DNA from: a virus | Taxonomy: Duplodnaviria; Caudoviricetes | Length of the DNA stretch: 46,046 bases | Reading direction: 5' to 3' (one strand) | IMG/VR virus record: IMGVR_UViG_3300017780_005735 | Coordinates: 1-46,046 of that record | In this document: piece by piece, positions 1 through 8,485 of the stretch | How the letters are laid out: each line of letters opens with the position of its first letter | How positions within the stretch are numbered: position 1 is the stretch's first letter | Notes under the pieces: generated by a model | Told to the model about the DNA's origin: nothing | What the model saw: only the letters and a program-made list of their open reading frames with translations | Databases searched by the model: none | Program-made: the position numbers and the translations under genes

Positions 1-123
1 AGCGTCTGCAGGCCGCGCATCTGCGCCTGCCGCTTGGCAGTGTCGATCTCGTTCTGCCGGGCGCGGGCAGCGTCAGCGATCGCCAGATCGTCGGCTTTCA
101 CGCCGCGGTTGTAAGTGTCGTCG
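1..123. repeat. 123-bp direct repeat identical to 45924-46046 (circular assembly overlap)
   Basis: agcgtctgcagg...gtaagtgtcgtcg occurs at both ends, and an ORF reads in frame across the junction. Confidence 0.95.
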
Positions 124-248
124 GCGCGCTGATCGAGGATCGGCTGGCGCTTCAGCTTCATGTCGTTGGCTTGGCGCTCCTGCTCGGTGAGCGCGCGGTC
201 TTGGTCGAACTTGACCCGACCTTGGAATGCTGCGTCGTACGCGTTCAT
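1..248 (-). CDS. 5' part of a putative DNA ejection/internal virion protein that continues at the right end to stop at 44930 (about 413 aa in total)
   Basis: ATG at 248 overlaps the TGA of the upstream gene; MNAYDAAFQGRVKFDQ...TYNRGVKADDLAIAD joins the 44930..46024 ORF in frame. Confidence 0.75.
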   Translation of the reverse strand, partial: MNAYDAAFQGRVKFDQDRALTEQERQANDMKLKRQPILDQRADDTYNRGVKADDLAIADAARARQNEIDTAKRQAQMRGLQT

Positions 249-820
249 CAGCCGCCCCAGATATTGGACCACGGGTTGCCGCCGGGACCGGACACGGCGC
301 CAGCAGCGTCACCGATGCCGCTGAACACGCTGTCCGTACGCGCGGCGCGAGCCTCGCCCATGCCGGTGTACTGCTTCCACTTGGCGTCAGCCTTGCCGCC
401 GGTGACGAACTCGTCGGCGCGCTGGCCTGCGTCGGACTGCTCGCCGAGCTGGTTGAAGTAGTTGTTGAAATACTGCTGGCCGAGACCGGAGCCGAAGCGC
501 ATCCGCGCCTTGTCGGCCGCGCCGCTTTTCTGCCCATAGGTGACGGCCATGCGGCTGTCGATCGCGTCGTTGCCGCTGTCCAGCGCCGCGCGGTAGCCCG
601 TCGAGTTCAGGTAGTTCTGGAACGCACCTTGTCCCGCCTCGGCATCGCCGAGACCCAGCAGGTTCTGCCGCATGGAGAAGGCGGATGCGCCGCCAGGCGC
701 GTAGGTTGAGTTCGCCTTGGACGCGTCAAGTACCGCCGTCGCTTGGTTGCCGGCGTTCTTGTAGCCTTTGACCTTGTCGCCACCTGAGAGATAGCCGCCG
801 ATTGCGCCGAGTATAGACAT
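248..820 (-). CDS. Putative DNA ejection protein (P22 gp7-like position and composition)
   Basis: MSILGAIGGYLSGG start, Gly/Ala/Gln-rich; first of three consecutive ejection-like genes. Confidence 0.6.
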   Translation of the reverse strand: MSILGAIGGYLSGGDKVKGYKNAGNQATAVLDASKANSTYAPGGASAFSMRQNLLGLGDAEAGQGAFQNYLNSTGYRAALDSGNDAIDSRMAVTYGQKSGAADKARMRFGSGLGQQYFNNYFNQLGEQSDAGQRADEFVTGGKADAKWKQYTGMGEARAARTDSVFSGIGDAAGAVSGPGGNPWSNIWGG

Positions 821-892
821 GGGTTCGCCGTGTTGACGTTGACATGGGAGCAACCATAAGGCGCGCGGGAACCGCGAGGAGTTCTATGCGTA

Positions 893-926
893 TAACAAAA
901 CACCCCGCCTTTGCAAGCGGGGTGTT
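893..926 (-). terminator. Probable intrinsic terminator after the tail/holin genes
   Basis: AACACCCCGC/GCGGGGTGTT 10-bp stem whose 3' end runs into TTTTGTT on the minus strand. Confidence 0.6.
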
Positions 927-969
927 CAACCATTGGAGCAGCCAACCGGGTCTACGGTAGTGGCGTCTG

Positions 970-1242
970 TCAGGTTTTCTTTCCGACCGGCGCCTTGGTC
1001 ACAAGGCGGAGGGCGATGTTGACCAGCGCGTAGGCGGCGAGGACACCTGCCGATACGGCGCCCGCTTCGGACACGTTGTCGGCGGCGTTGGCGATGGCTT
1101 CGGCATGGTCGGCGACCGCAACGGCGGTGGCCGGCTCAAGCGGGTTCGGGACGATGCCGAACGCGGCGAGGACGGCGAAAACGCCGACCAGCCCGTTAAC
1201 GAGCAGGGTCCTGTACCCTTGCAACTTGGCCAAAATAGACAA
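970..1242 (-). CDS. Holin-like small membrane protein
   Basis: 90 aa, two hydrophobic segments, LQGYRT start and basic C-terminus (LRLVTKAPVGKKT). Confidence 0.55.
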   Translation of the reverse strand: MSILAKLQGYRTLLVNGLVGVFAVLAAFGIVPNPLEPATAVAVADHAEAIANAADNVSEAGAVSAGVLAAYALVNIALRLVTKAPVGKKT

Positions 1243-1246
1243 TGGA

Positions 1247-1765
1247 TCACCTGCCTTTCGCTCGACTTTCCAGATACTCCGCAGCTCGTCTGAGCAGGGC
1301 TGGGTCGTCCTTCATCTGACCAAGGCCGGCGTTGCATGTCAAGCACAGAAGTCCTCGCACGTGCCCGTGCGTGTGGCAGTGGTCGATGTGCGGTGTCTTA
1401 GCGAATGGGTGACGGCATATGGCGCAGGCGTTGCCTTGCGCAGACACGAGCTCCCCTAGCTCCACGTCGGTGACCCCGTATTTGTAGCGCGCATTGTTAA
1501 CATAGGTCTGTCTGCCCCTTTTCCGACAGACCTTACACCGCTCCCGCAGACGTAGTTTCGCCGTCAACCCAAAGTCCTCGGCTGCCCGAGTCTCCTTACA
1601 GCCTCCACACGTCTTTGTTGAAGGTAGTCCGGCGTACAGTTCGCCGGTGGCGCATTTTATAGAGCAGCACTCGGTTAGTGTAGGAAGTCGCCGCTCAGTC
1701 TTACGGGGTCTGCGCCAGAAGTTTTTACCGCACTTTTTACAGGCGGCTTTGACATACTTGGTCAC
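1247..1765 (-). CDS. Endonuclease VII-like (His-Me finger) homing-type endonuclease
   Basis: CAIC...HIDHCHTHGHVRGLLCLTCNAGLG..KDD..LL..AAEYL; N-terminal CxxC motifs; codon usage differs from neighbours. Confidence 0.85.
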   Translation of the reverse strand: MTKYVKAACKKCGKNFWRRPRKTERRLPTLTECCSIKCATGELYAGLPSTKTCGGCKETRAAEDFGLTAKLRLRERCKVCRKRGRQTYVNNARYKYGVTDVELGELVSAQGNACAICRHPFAKTPHIDHCHTHGHVRGLLCLTCNAGLGQMKDDPALLRRAAEYLESRAKGR

Positions 1766-2250
1766 GCCGCGCCGAACATCTTGCGGATCAAGCGGGGTAC
1801 GCGCTCGAGTTTGACCTCGCTGTCGCGCGCGTTGTCCAGCGCGACGTCGCGCTCTGCTCTCAACTGCATCTTGTGACCCTTCTCCTCCTTGTGGAGTGCG
1901 GCAAAGTTGTCACGGGCTCCGAGGGCGTCCTTGAGCTCCGCCTGCGCCTTGCCCGCGAGCGCCGAAAGGGTGTCGGCGTCATGCGCCGCTTTCTTCATGG
2001 CCTCCGCTGCGACAGCCGCCGTCTCCAGAGCCTTCGTGGCGGCTACGCCGATGACGTCGTTAAGGAATTTCTTGCCGGCGGGGTCCATGTTGTGCACGGG
2101 GTATTCTCGCGCAACCGGCTTGCCTTCCCAGCCTTGTAGGTCGGTGTCCCACGCGCCCTCCTGAAACAGGGCGTCGCCGGTGACGTAGACACCGTCCTCG
2201 TCGAACGTGAGGTGGACTTGGTGAAGTCGTGAACGTTTCTGCAGGGCCAT
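1762..2250 (-). CDS. Hypothetical protein with C-terminal coiled coil (possible tail fibre assembly factor)
   Basis: ATG preceded by GAGGAGAG; downstream of the fibre gene. Confidence 0.55.
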   Translation of the reverse strand: MALQKRSRLHQVHLTFDEDGVYVTGDALFQEGAWDTDLQGWEGKPVAREYPVHNMDPAGKKFLNDVIGVAATKALETAAVAAEAMKKAAHDADTLSALAGKAQAELKDALGARDNFAALHKEEKGHKMQLRAERDVALDNARDSEVKLERVPRLIRKMFGAA

Positions 2251-2260
2251 GGGTCTCTCC

Positions 2261-2782
2261 TCAACCAGTGAATACGGCGCCGACGCGGGACAGGAAGCTC
2301 TTGGGCTCCTTCGCGGCAGCAAGGGCGTCTTGCGCTAAGCTGAGCTCTGCCACCAGAGAAGCCTTGGCGGCTCTCTCTGTCTGGATTTCTTCGACAAAGT
2401 TGGCGGCTACGCGCTCGGCGGCGGCTTTGGCCTCAACAGCCATCGCGGCCAGTTTCTCGGCGGCGGCTTTGGCCTCGACAGCTACAGCCGCCTCCGCGCG
2501 GGATTTCTCTCGCTCGGTATCGGCTTTCTCGGCGCGGCTGACTGCTGCGTCACGATCCAGCAGCGCCTGCTTGGTAAGCTGGTCGAGAATCGTGGGAAGG
2601 TCGAACCCTTGTTCGACAAGTTTAGCGGGCGTGAACGGGCCTTCCTCCGGCATGGGCACGGCGTTGCCTGCGCGGTCAACTACCCACTCTTGCAGGGTGC
2701 AACAGAAGTCCGTCTCACGTCCTTTCTCATGCACCGGGTGGCGCATACGAACAACCATTGAGCTTGCGATTACGTCGGCCAC
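2261..2782 (-). CDS. Hypothetical protein with Ala/Glu/Lys coiled coil (possible tail fibre assembly factor)
   Basis: SD AGGAG; AVEAKAAAE repeated twice. Confidence 0.55.
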   Translation of the reverse strand: MADVIASSMVVRMRHPVHEKGRETDFCCTLQEWVVDRAGNAVPMPEEGPFTPAKLVEQGFDLPTILDQLTKQALLDRDAAVSRAEKADTEREKSRAEAAVAVEAKAAAEKLAAMAVEAKAAAERVAANFVEEIQTERAAKASLVAELSLAQDALAAAKEPKSFLSRVGAVFTG

Positions 2783-2791
2783 TTGTATCTC

Positions 2792-4048
2792 CTATCCCAC
2801 AATCCAGGCGGGGGTGTTGTCGCCATATACCGGAACCGATACCGCCCCACCAGCGGCTACAGCGACGCCAAACGCGGGCGCGAGCGCGTCTGTCACGTGA
2901 GCCTTTGCACCCTGTACCGCAGCAGGAAGCGTGCCAACTGTGAGCACGCGAGCGCGCAGCAAGCCGTTTGTATCGGCGACAACGTTTCCGTTGGCATAAT
3001 AACTTGTTGCGTTAAATGTTCCTACGCCGGTATCTCCCCCCGTTGCGGTTGCCGTGTAAACGCCCGCGCCGATACTCAATCTAAACGCCGTAGTTCCAGC
3101 AACCGTTGTGTTGAAGTTAAAAAATCCCGACTCATTACCGGAAGTTGGATCAGTTATGACCGTACGCAATCCGGCGTAAAGTTGAAGGTTGCCTGCCGAG
3201 TCTTTACCTAGAAAATTGGCGATGCCCACAATATCGTTTGCGGCGGGTGACGAGCTATCGTGGAGAAACCATAGAAACGGACCTGTAGAGCCGTTGTCGA
3301 TTGTTGTTAGCGTAAGATTTATTGAGCCGGAAGCGGCTTGAATTGTTTGACCAGCAGCCGCAGTAAAAACATTTGCGCCAGCGAGCGCCGCGTAAATCGT
3401 GTTGATGTTCACGCCGTCGTCGAAGTAGTTGACGGCGTTGATGGTGCCTGCTCCCGTGTCAGTTCCCAGTGCTCCGGTCATGTAAAGGCCGTTTCCGACC
3501 AGCACGCGCGTTGAGGTCGTTCCGGCCTGTCGTGTGACAAGCGTAAGCGTCGTAGCCTCGGCTCCGCTGGTTGGGTCGTTCAAAGTGATATTTATGCCGC
3601 CGCTCGGAACCGCGCTACCGAGGGTGTTGTTGAAGTAAGCGCGAGCAATACGAATCACGTCGTTGGCGGCGGGTGATGGCGAGTTGTGCCAGAACAGTCC
3701 GGTCGGGCCGTCCGTCCCGGCGTTCGTTGACACAACGCGGAGAGGCGCGTCCGTGTTTGTCACCCCGGTTCCGCTGTAGTTGATTTCCAGCGGACCCGTC
3801 ATCGTGTCGCCGGCCTTCAGCACGTAAAGGCCGTTAGTCGGGGCTCCCCACTCCAGCGCCGTACCGGCCGCGTTCACACGCAGCACGTCGAGCGGTGTCG
3901 TGCCTTGAAGGTCCTGCGGCGACGCGCTGGCGTTAGTCGCGTTGACCTTGACGGTACGCGGGTCCATGTTTGCAAGCTCGGCGTTCGTAATCGACCCCGG
4001 AGGGACGACGCCAGGCTGCGGGTCGTACTGGAACAGGCCGCTTCTCAT
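2792..4048 (-). CDS. Tail fibre / receptor-binding protein
   Basis: YVLKAGDTMTGPL fibre motif; Thr/Gly/Ala-rich; two internal repeats of about 90-140 aa. Confidence 0.75.
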   Translation of the reverse strand: MRSGLFQYDPQPGVVPPGSITNAELANMDPRTVKVNATNASASPQDLQGTTPLDVLRVNAAGTALEWGAPTNGLYVLKAGDTMTGPLEINYSGTGVTNTDAPLRVVSTNAGTDGPTGLFWHNSPSPAANDVIRIARAYFNNTLGSAVPSGGINITLNDPTSGAEATTLTLVTRQAGTTSTRVLVGNGLYMTGALGTDTGAGTINAVNYFDDGVNINTIYAALAGANVFTAAAGQTIQAASGSINLTLTTIDNGSTGPFLWFLHDSSSPAANDIVGIANFLGKDSAGNLQLYAGLRTVITDPTSGNESGFFNFNTTVAGTTAFRLSIGAGVYTATATGGDTGVGTFNATSYYANGNVVADTNGLLRARVLTVGTLPAAVQGAKAHVTDALAPAFGVAVAAGGAVSVPVYGDNTPAWIVG

Positions 4049-4365
4049 GCTGATTTCACGTAAACTGCGGTGGTGGCCGGGTGGATGAAGCAGGCATAGG
4101 AAGTCTGCCCGCTGGTCGGCGCTGGGACGCGCGTGGGCACGAGACCGGCGGTGGCACTGTCCTCGTTGGCGCTTGTTTGCAGGATGTCGATCGCGGCGTC
4201 TGTGACGACAGACAGGAGCCTCTTAGCCCCCAGCTCAAACGTCATGACGGCCGCGCCGTACGTGCCGGCAGGCGTGATGCCGTTGGCGACGGCCTCGGGG
4301 TTGCCCACCAGAAGGCCCTCTTTTGTGAAGTCGCCAGGCCGCGAGGCCATGAGGTAGGCGGTCAT
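4045..4365 (-). CDS. Hypothetical structural protein
   Basis: ATG start; ATGA overlap with the fibre gene. Confidence 0.6.
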   Translation of the reverse strand: MTAYLMASRPGDFTKEGLLVGNPEAVANGITPAGTYGAAVMTFELGAKRLLSVVTDAAIDILQTSANEDSATAGLVPTRVPAPTSGQTSYACFIHPATTAVYVKSA

Positions 4366-4380
4366 GGCGGTAAGCCCTTG

Positions 4381-4650
4381 TTAGAGGCCCGAAACCGGGC
4401 TAAGTCCCGACGTCGCAACGATGTTCCAGCCCGCCGGAAGGGCTTCAACAACGTAGTCGTCGTGTGCCTCGTTGCTGATAGCAACACCGATGGGTTCAAC
4501 CTCGTCGCCGGTGAACACGGCCAAGCAGGCTTTCAGAGTGTAGTCTGGCCCTCCTATACCTGTATACACAAGGCCGTACGTGGGGCGGATAACCGCAACC
4601 AGAACAGAGCCGTCGACGGGGAGCTGGTTGGGGTGTGAGACCACTTTCAT
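4381..4650 (-). CDS. Hypothetical protein
   Basis: Fills the gap in the minus-strand operon. Confidence 0.5.
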   Translation of the reverse strand: MKVVSHPNQLPVDGSVLVAVIRPTYGLVYTGIGGPDYTLKACLAVFTGDEVEPIGVAISNEAHDDYVVEALPAGWNIVATSGLSPVSGL

Positions 4651-4688
4651 TGCGGGCAGCCTTTCATGCTACAAACTGCGTACCACAG

Positions 4689-5546
4689 CTACAGGGTGCC
4701 CTCAAGGGCGACGCCATGCTTGACGGTGGCCGAGCTGGCGCTGGGCGACTGCCCATTGCTGAGTCCTATGGTGTTGTAGTCGTGGGAGTTCCACGAGAAC
4801 TCTCCGGGGCAGTTCAAGTCCCATTGGGTGTTGCCCGCTTGCGCGATGTCTTGTAGACGCAGCGCGGTCGTTCCTGTTCCCGTCGTCAAGACGACGGCCA
4901 ACAAATACGGCGTACCTGCCGTTAGCTGGACGGGCGTGGCAAAGTTAAACCGCATCCGCTCCATATTTGTCGTCAGAGACGAGACATTCGACGACACGGC
5001 CGGCGCAGCAGCAATGACGCCGGCTGCTGCGGTGTTTACAGGGGCGATCTCCGCGCGGTGCGCCTGACCCGCCGACGCTGCGTCAACATAGCCCCACAGA
5101 TAGTCGACAGTCATGTCGACGGACGGGGTGAATACTGTACCTTTTGTGGCGAAGGCCGTAACAGACGCGTTCCCCGCGCCGCTGGCGGTGGCCCCGGCAA
5201 ACGGTCCTCCACTGCCTCCCGATATAGGAACGTCCGCGGCCAGAGTGATGTGGCCGAACTCGTCAATCGTGATCTGTGGGACGTTGGTGGCGTCGCCGTA
5301 GGTGCCCGGCGTGACGCCGCTAACGTCGTGGCTGATAGGCTCCAGCGCCGTCAGCGGGCCACCGCCGAGGATCGGAGCCAACGTGGCGATGTCGATGCCG
5401 GACAGCGTGGCGACCTGGCGGACAAGCGCCTGCATCAGGTTCCACTGCTGAATGAAGTGGGTCGTGGCCGTGCCGTTCTCGTTGATGATCTTGTCGCGAT
5501 CGCCGAGCCGGTCAACCTGATATGCGCGCGGGGGAGTTACCATCAC
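4689..5546 (-). CDS. Tail-associated protein with fibre-like motif and C-terminal beta-sandwich
   Basis: SGVTPGTYGDATNVPQITIDEFGHITLA fibre motif; directly follows the gp10-like C-terminal gene. Confidence 0.6.
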   Translation of the reverse strand: MMVTPPRAYQVDRLGDRDKIINENGTATTHFIQQWNLMQALVRQVATLSGIDIATLAPILGGGPLTALEPISHDVSGVTPGTYGDATNVPQITIDEFGHITLAADVPISGGSGGPFAGATASGAGNASVTAFATKGTVFTPSVDMTVDYLWGYVDAASAGQAHRAEIAPVNTAAAGVIAAAPAVSSNVSSLTTNMERMRFNFATPVQLTAGTPYLLAVVLTTGTGTTALRLQDIAQAGNTQWDLNCPGEFSWNSHDYNTIGLSNGQSPSASSATVKHGVALEGTL

Positions 5547-6364
5547 TCACCCCACGGATCGCCGCCGGAGAACTCTCCGTCGATGTCAGACAGGCGCATG
5601 GAGCCGCCCTCGTCCGTCACCTCGATAATGCGGCCGGGCTGGCCGAAGGTGCCGAGGGAGCCGAACTGAAGGTTCTGGTCAAACGCGCCAGCTTCGAACG
5701 TGACGGGGTCGAGCTCAAACCACGTCACGCCGTTGTCGTCGCTGAAGCGCAGCCGCAGCTCAGCGCCGTCCACAGACGGGTAGCCAGCGGCTGCGTTGAT
5801 GCTGAACATGCCGACGGAGACCGTCTTGCGGCCGCGCGCGGGGATGTTCACCGTCGCAGTGCGAACGATGGCCTTGCCGTCGTCCTCGTCGTTCTCGGCT
5901 TCCGGGTTGATAACCCACAGGATCGGGTTCTGGTTGTCGCCGGCGATGATGCGGTTCTCCCACATGCAGCCGAGGATGGCGTTCCACGGCTCCATCCCCT
6001 GCGTCTCCCACTTCGACCACTGGTTGCCTTGCGTGATGTTGCACACGTAGGTTCCCAGCGAGCCGAGATGCAAAACGTAGAATGTGTTGCCGTCAAGCAC
6101 GAACGACCACGCATTCAGCGTGTTATCCTCGCGAGCGCCCTCGTTGTAGACGTAGAGGAACGGAGCCTGCGACGTGCGCGTGACGCCCGTGTCCTCCAGC
6201 ACAGCCAGCAGGTACGCCTGTGGCGTCTGCGTTATGCGCGCGTCGATCGTCTCGTCGAGAACGACGAGCAGTGCCGCCTGCGACGTGCTGGACGCGCTCG
6301 ACACAGCGCCGTCCTCTAGGACGACGAGTATCGGAGCCTGCGGGGTCCGTGAGTAGTTGGTCAC
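5543..6364 (-). CDS. C-terminal half of a P22 gp10-like tail hub/DNA stabilization protein, with four N-terminal repeats
   Basis: DGNTFYVLHL...W and LRFSDDNGVTW...GSLG resemble the gp10-family C-terminus. Confidence 0.65.
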   Translation of the reverse strand: MTNYSRTPQAPILVVLEDGAVSSASSTSQAALLVVLDETIDARITQTPQAYLLAVLEDTGVTRTSQAPFLYVYNEGAREDNTLNAWSFVLDGNTFYVLHLGSLGTYVCNITQGNQWSKWETQGMEPWNAILGCMWENRIIAGDNQNPILWVINPEAENDEDDGKAIVRTATVNIPARGRKTVSVGMFSINAAAGYPSVDGAELRLRFSDDNGVTWFELDPVTFEAGAFDQNLQFGSLGTFGQPGRIIEVTDEGGSMRLSDIDGEFSGGDPWGE

Positions 6365-6373
6365 GGCTTACTC

Positions 6374-8485
6374 CTAGGCCGTGCGCTCGAGCTGCACGCT
6401 TCCAGTGTTGATGGACGTCGGGGTCAGCGCGCCGGCTGTGTTCGGGTCCTCCTCGATCACGTCGAAGTAGTAGGTCGGCGTGGTCGTGAGAGCGTTGTCG
6501 GCGCCAGCGGCGTCCGCGCCGTTCACCTGGAACGTGGCCTGCAGCGAGCCTGCGCCGCCGCTCGTGAAGGAGCGGTTGCGCATCTCGATCCAGCGAATGC
6601 CTGTTACGGTGGCGGGGAGCGTCTGTAGGCCGAACCGTGACGCGGCGGGGATTTCGGCGCCGCCCGCGAGCGTGGCTGCCGACCATGCCCCGCCCGTGAC
6701 GGTTTCGGTGGAGGCGATAGAGTTCCCGGCGGTGCCTGGCGTGATTGCGGTGGCGGTGAGCTGTACGTCAGTGGGTGCAGCTTCGGCCGTGGCGGAGGCG
6801 TTGGGAGTCGTACCAGTGCCGTACAGAGTTCCCTCACCAGCGTCGCCATTGATGGCCGCCACAAGGTTCGCAATGCACGCCTCCTCATCTGCCCCGATCA
6901 GGATGGAGTTCGCTCCACCGAGAACGGTGTTGAACGTATAGGTCTTGGCGCCCAGCGTCACGGTCTGCGTGTTGCCGGGAACCGCCGTCAGCGTCAGAAC
7001 GCCGGTGGCTGAAACGAGGGCGGCTTCAAGATAACGATCGTCGAGTGGGGCTGTGGGGTCGATGGTCTGGTACGCTGCATCCCCATCAGCGGGGACGAGA
7101 CGCGCAGCAGAGCCTCGTACTGTGAGGGTTTGGCCAACTGACGACTCGTCCTCGACGCTCTCGTCGAACCCCGCCAGCAGAACAACAGAAGCGAAATTGG
7201 GATCGCTCGGAGCGGAGCGAGGATACGGGACGGTCGTGGGCGTGTAGTTGGCGCTGTAGCGTGCGACACCGGGCGTGATCCTCACTTCGTCGATGATGGC
7301 GTTGACCGAGGAGTTCGCGAGAACCGTCGTGGCGACACCGGACATCTCGCCGCCGACAGTGAACTTCGCGTTCGTGCTGGCGTTGAAGTACGTGTAGGCG
7401 TCCGCAGCGTCGAGGCCGACCTGCGTACCGTTGATGTAGATGCGCGTCAGGTCGCTCTCGCGCTCGACCGCGATCGCGTAGGTGTGGCCGACTTCGAACG
7501 GGTATGTGATGCTCAGGATGGTCTGAAGCGTCGCCAGTGTGCCGTCCGTGGTGATCTGCCACTCGAGCGTGCCGTCGTTCAGCGACGGGCCGTTCTGGAC
7601 CAGGCGATAGCTGCGGTTCGACGTACTCGCCGACCACTTGCCGAGGATGGTGCCGAAGTTGGAGCCGGTGACGTCCTCGACAGGGCGGTAGAAGCACTCC
7701 ACCGTGAAGTCGGCGGTGCCGAGGTTGTAGGTGCTCGAGGCCCCGCAATCCAGCACGGAGCCGTCGCCAGGGACGATAAGGACGCCTGCGTCGATGATCT
7801 GGCGCGGGCGCGGCGTCATACCATCGTCGACCGTGTCGGCGTCAGGGTAGACCGTGCCGACGCCGGTGATCGCCGGCCAGTCGTCGTTGTAGGTGCCCGT
7901 GAGGGAGTAGACGGCGACGTCCTTGAAGTAGGTCGGTGCGCGGCTGCCGCCGTCGGTGCCCACGCCGAGGACCACGAGGTTCCCCGTGCCGGCCAAGACG
8001 AGGTTCGTGGCGTTGATGACCACGGTGTCGTCGACGCGCACTTCGGCGGTGCCGGTCGTCGCGTGGAACCCGAACTGGGCCTGAATCTTGTGGAGCGTAC
8101 CCGCCGAGATAACGGGGGCGGATGACGATGCAACGGTCGTGCCAGCGGAGTTGACGACGAGCAGCGTGCCGTCAGGCTGGACGCGAAGCTGCACAACAGC
8201 GGCATTCGAGCCGTCGTGGAACGAGCCGACGTAGCAGCGGTTCGCCGCCGACGGCAGGTTCGGGATGTAGAAGCGTGCCCACAGACCGACAGCCGTGAGG
8301 GCAGAGCCCGTGGCGCGGCGGATGTAGCCGTTGGCGTCACCGCACAGCAGCCAGTACCGGCCCTCGGTGTCGAAGCTGGGAGTCTCGAGCGACGCGCCAG
8401 AGCCGCGCGCGGCCCACAGGCCCTCGAGCGCCAGGTCGATGTCGTCGCCGTACGTTTCGAAGTTGTCTGCGACGAGTCCCGTCAT
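6374..8485 (-). CDS. Multi-domain virion protein with ConA/LamG-like domains
   Basis: LGTADFTVECF, HTYAIAVER..LTRIYINGTQ and IDEVRITPGVARYSANYTP match a LamG-type domain; also carries the shared ~115-aa module. Confidence 0.75.
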   Translation of the reverse strand: MTGLVADNFETYGDDIDLALEGLWAARGSGASLETPSFDTEGRYWLLCGDANGYIRRATGSALTAVGLWARFYIPNLPSAANRCYVGSFHDGSNAAVVQLRVQPDGTLLVVNSAGTTVASSSAPVISAGTLHKIQAQFGFHATTGTAEVRVDDTVVINATNLVLAGTGNLVVLGVGTDGGSRAPTYFKDVAVYSLTGTYNDDWPAITGVGTVYPDADTVDDGMTPRPRQIIDAGVLIVPGDGSVLDCGASSTYNLGTADFTVECFYRPVEDVTGSNFGTILGKWSASTSNRSYRLVQNGPSLNDGTLEWQITTDGTLATLQTILSITYPFEVGHTYAIAVERESDLTRIYINGTQVGLDAADAYTYFNASTNAKFTVGGEMSGVATTVLANSSVNAIIDEVRITPGVARYSANYTPTTVPYPRSAPSDPNFASVVLLAGFDESVEDESSVGQTLTVRGSAARLVPADGDAAYQTIDPTAPLDDRYLEAALVSATGVLTLTAVPGNTQTVTLGAKTYTFNTVLGGANSILIGADEEACIANLVAAINGDAGEGTLYGTGTTPNASATAEAAPTDVQLTATAITPGTAGNSIASTETVTGGAWSAATLAGGAEIPAASRFGLQTLPATVTGIRWIEMRNRSFTSGGAGSLQATFQVNGADAAGADNALTTTPTYYFDVIEEDPNTAGALTPTSINTGSVQLERTA

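Noticed and set aside
1-123. End repeat as a biological terminal repeat
   Set aside because: It lies inside a coding gene and is most simply an assembler overlap of a circular contig
2990-3700. Fibre repeats as a diversity-generating retroelement TR/VR pair
   Set aside because: No reverse transcriptase; the repeats are diverged at all positions, not just adenines
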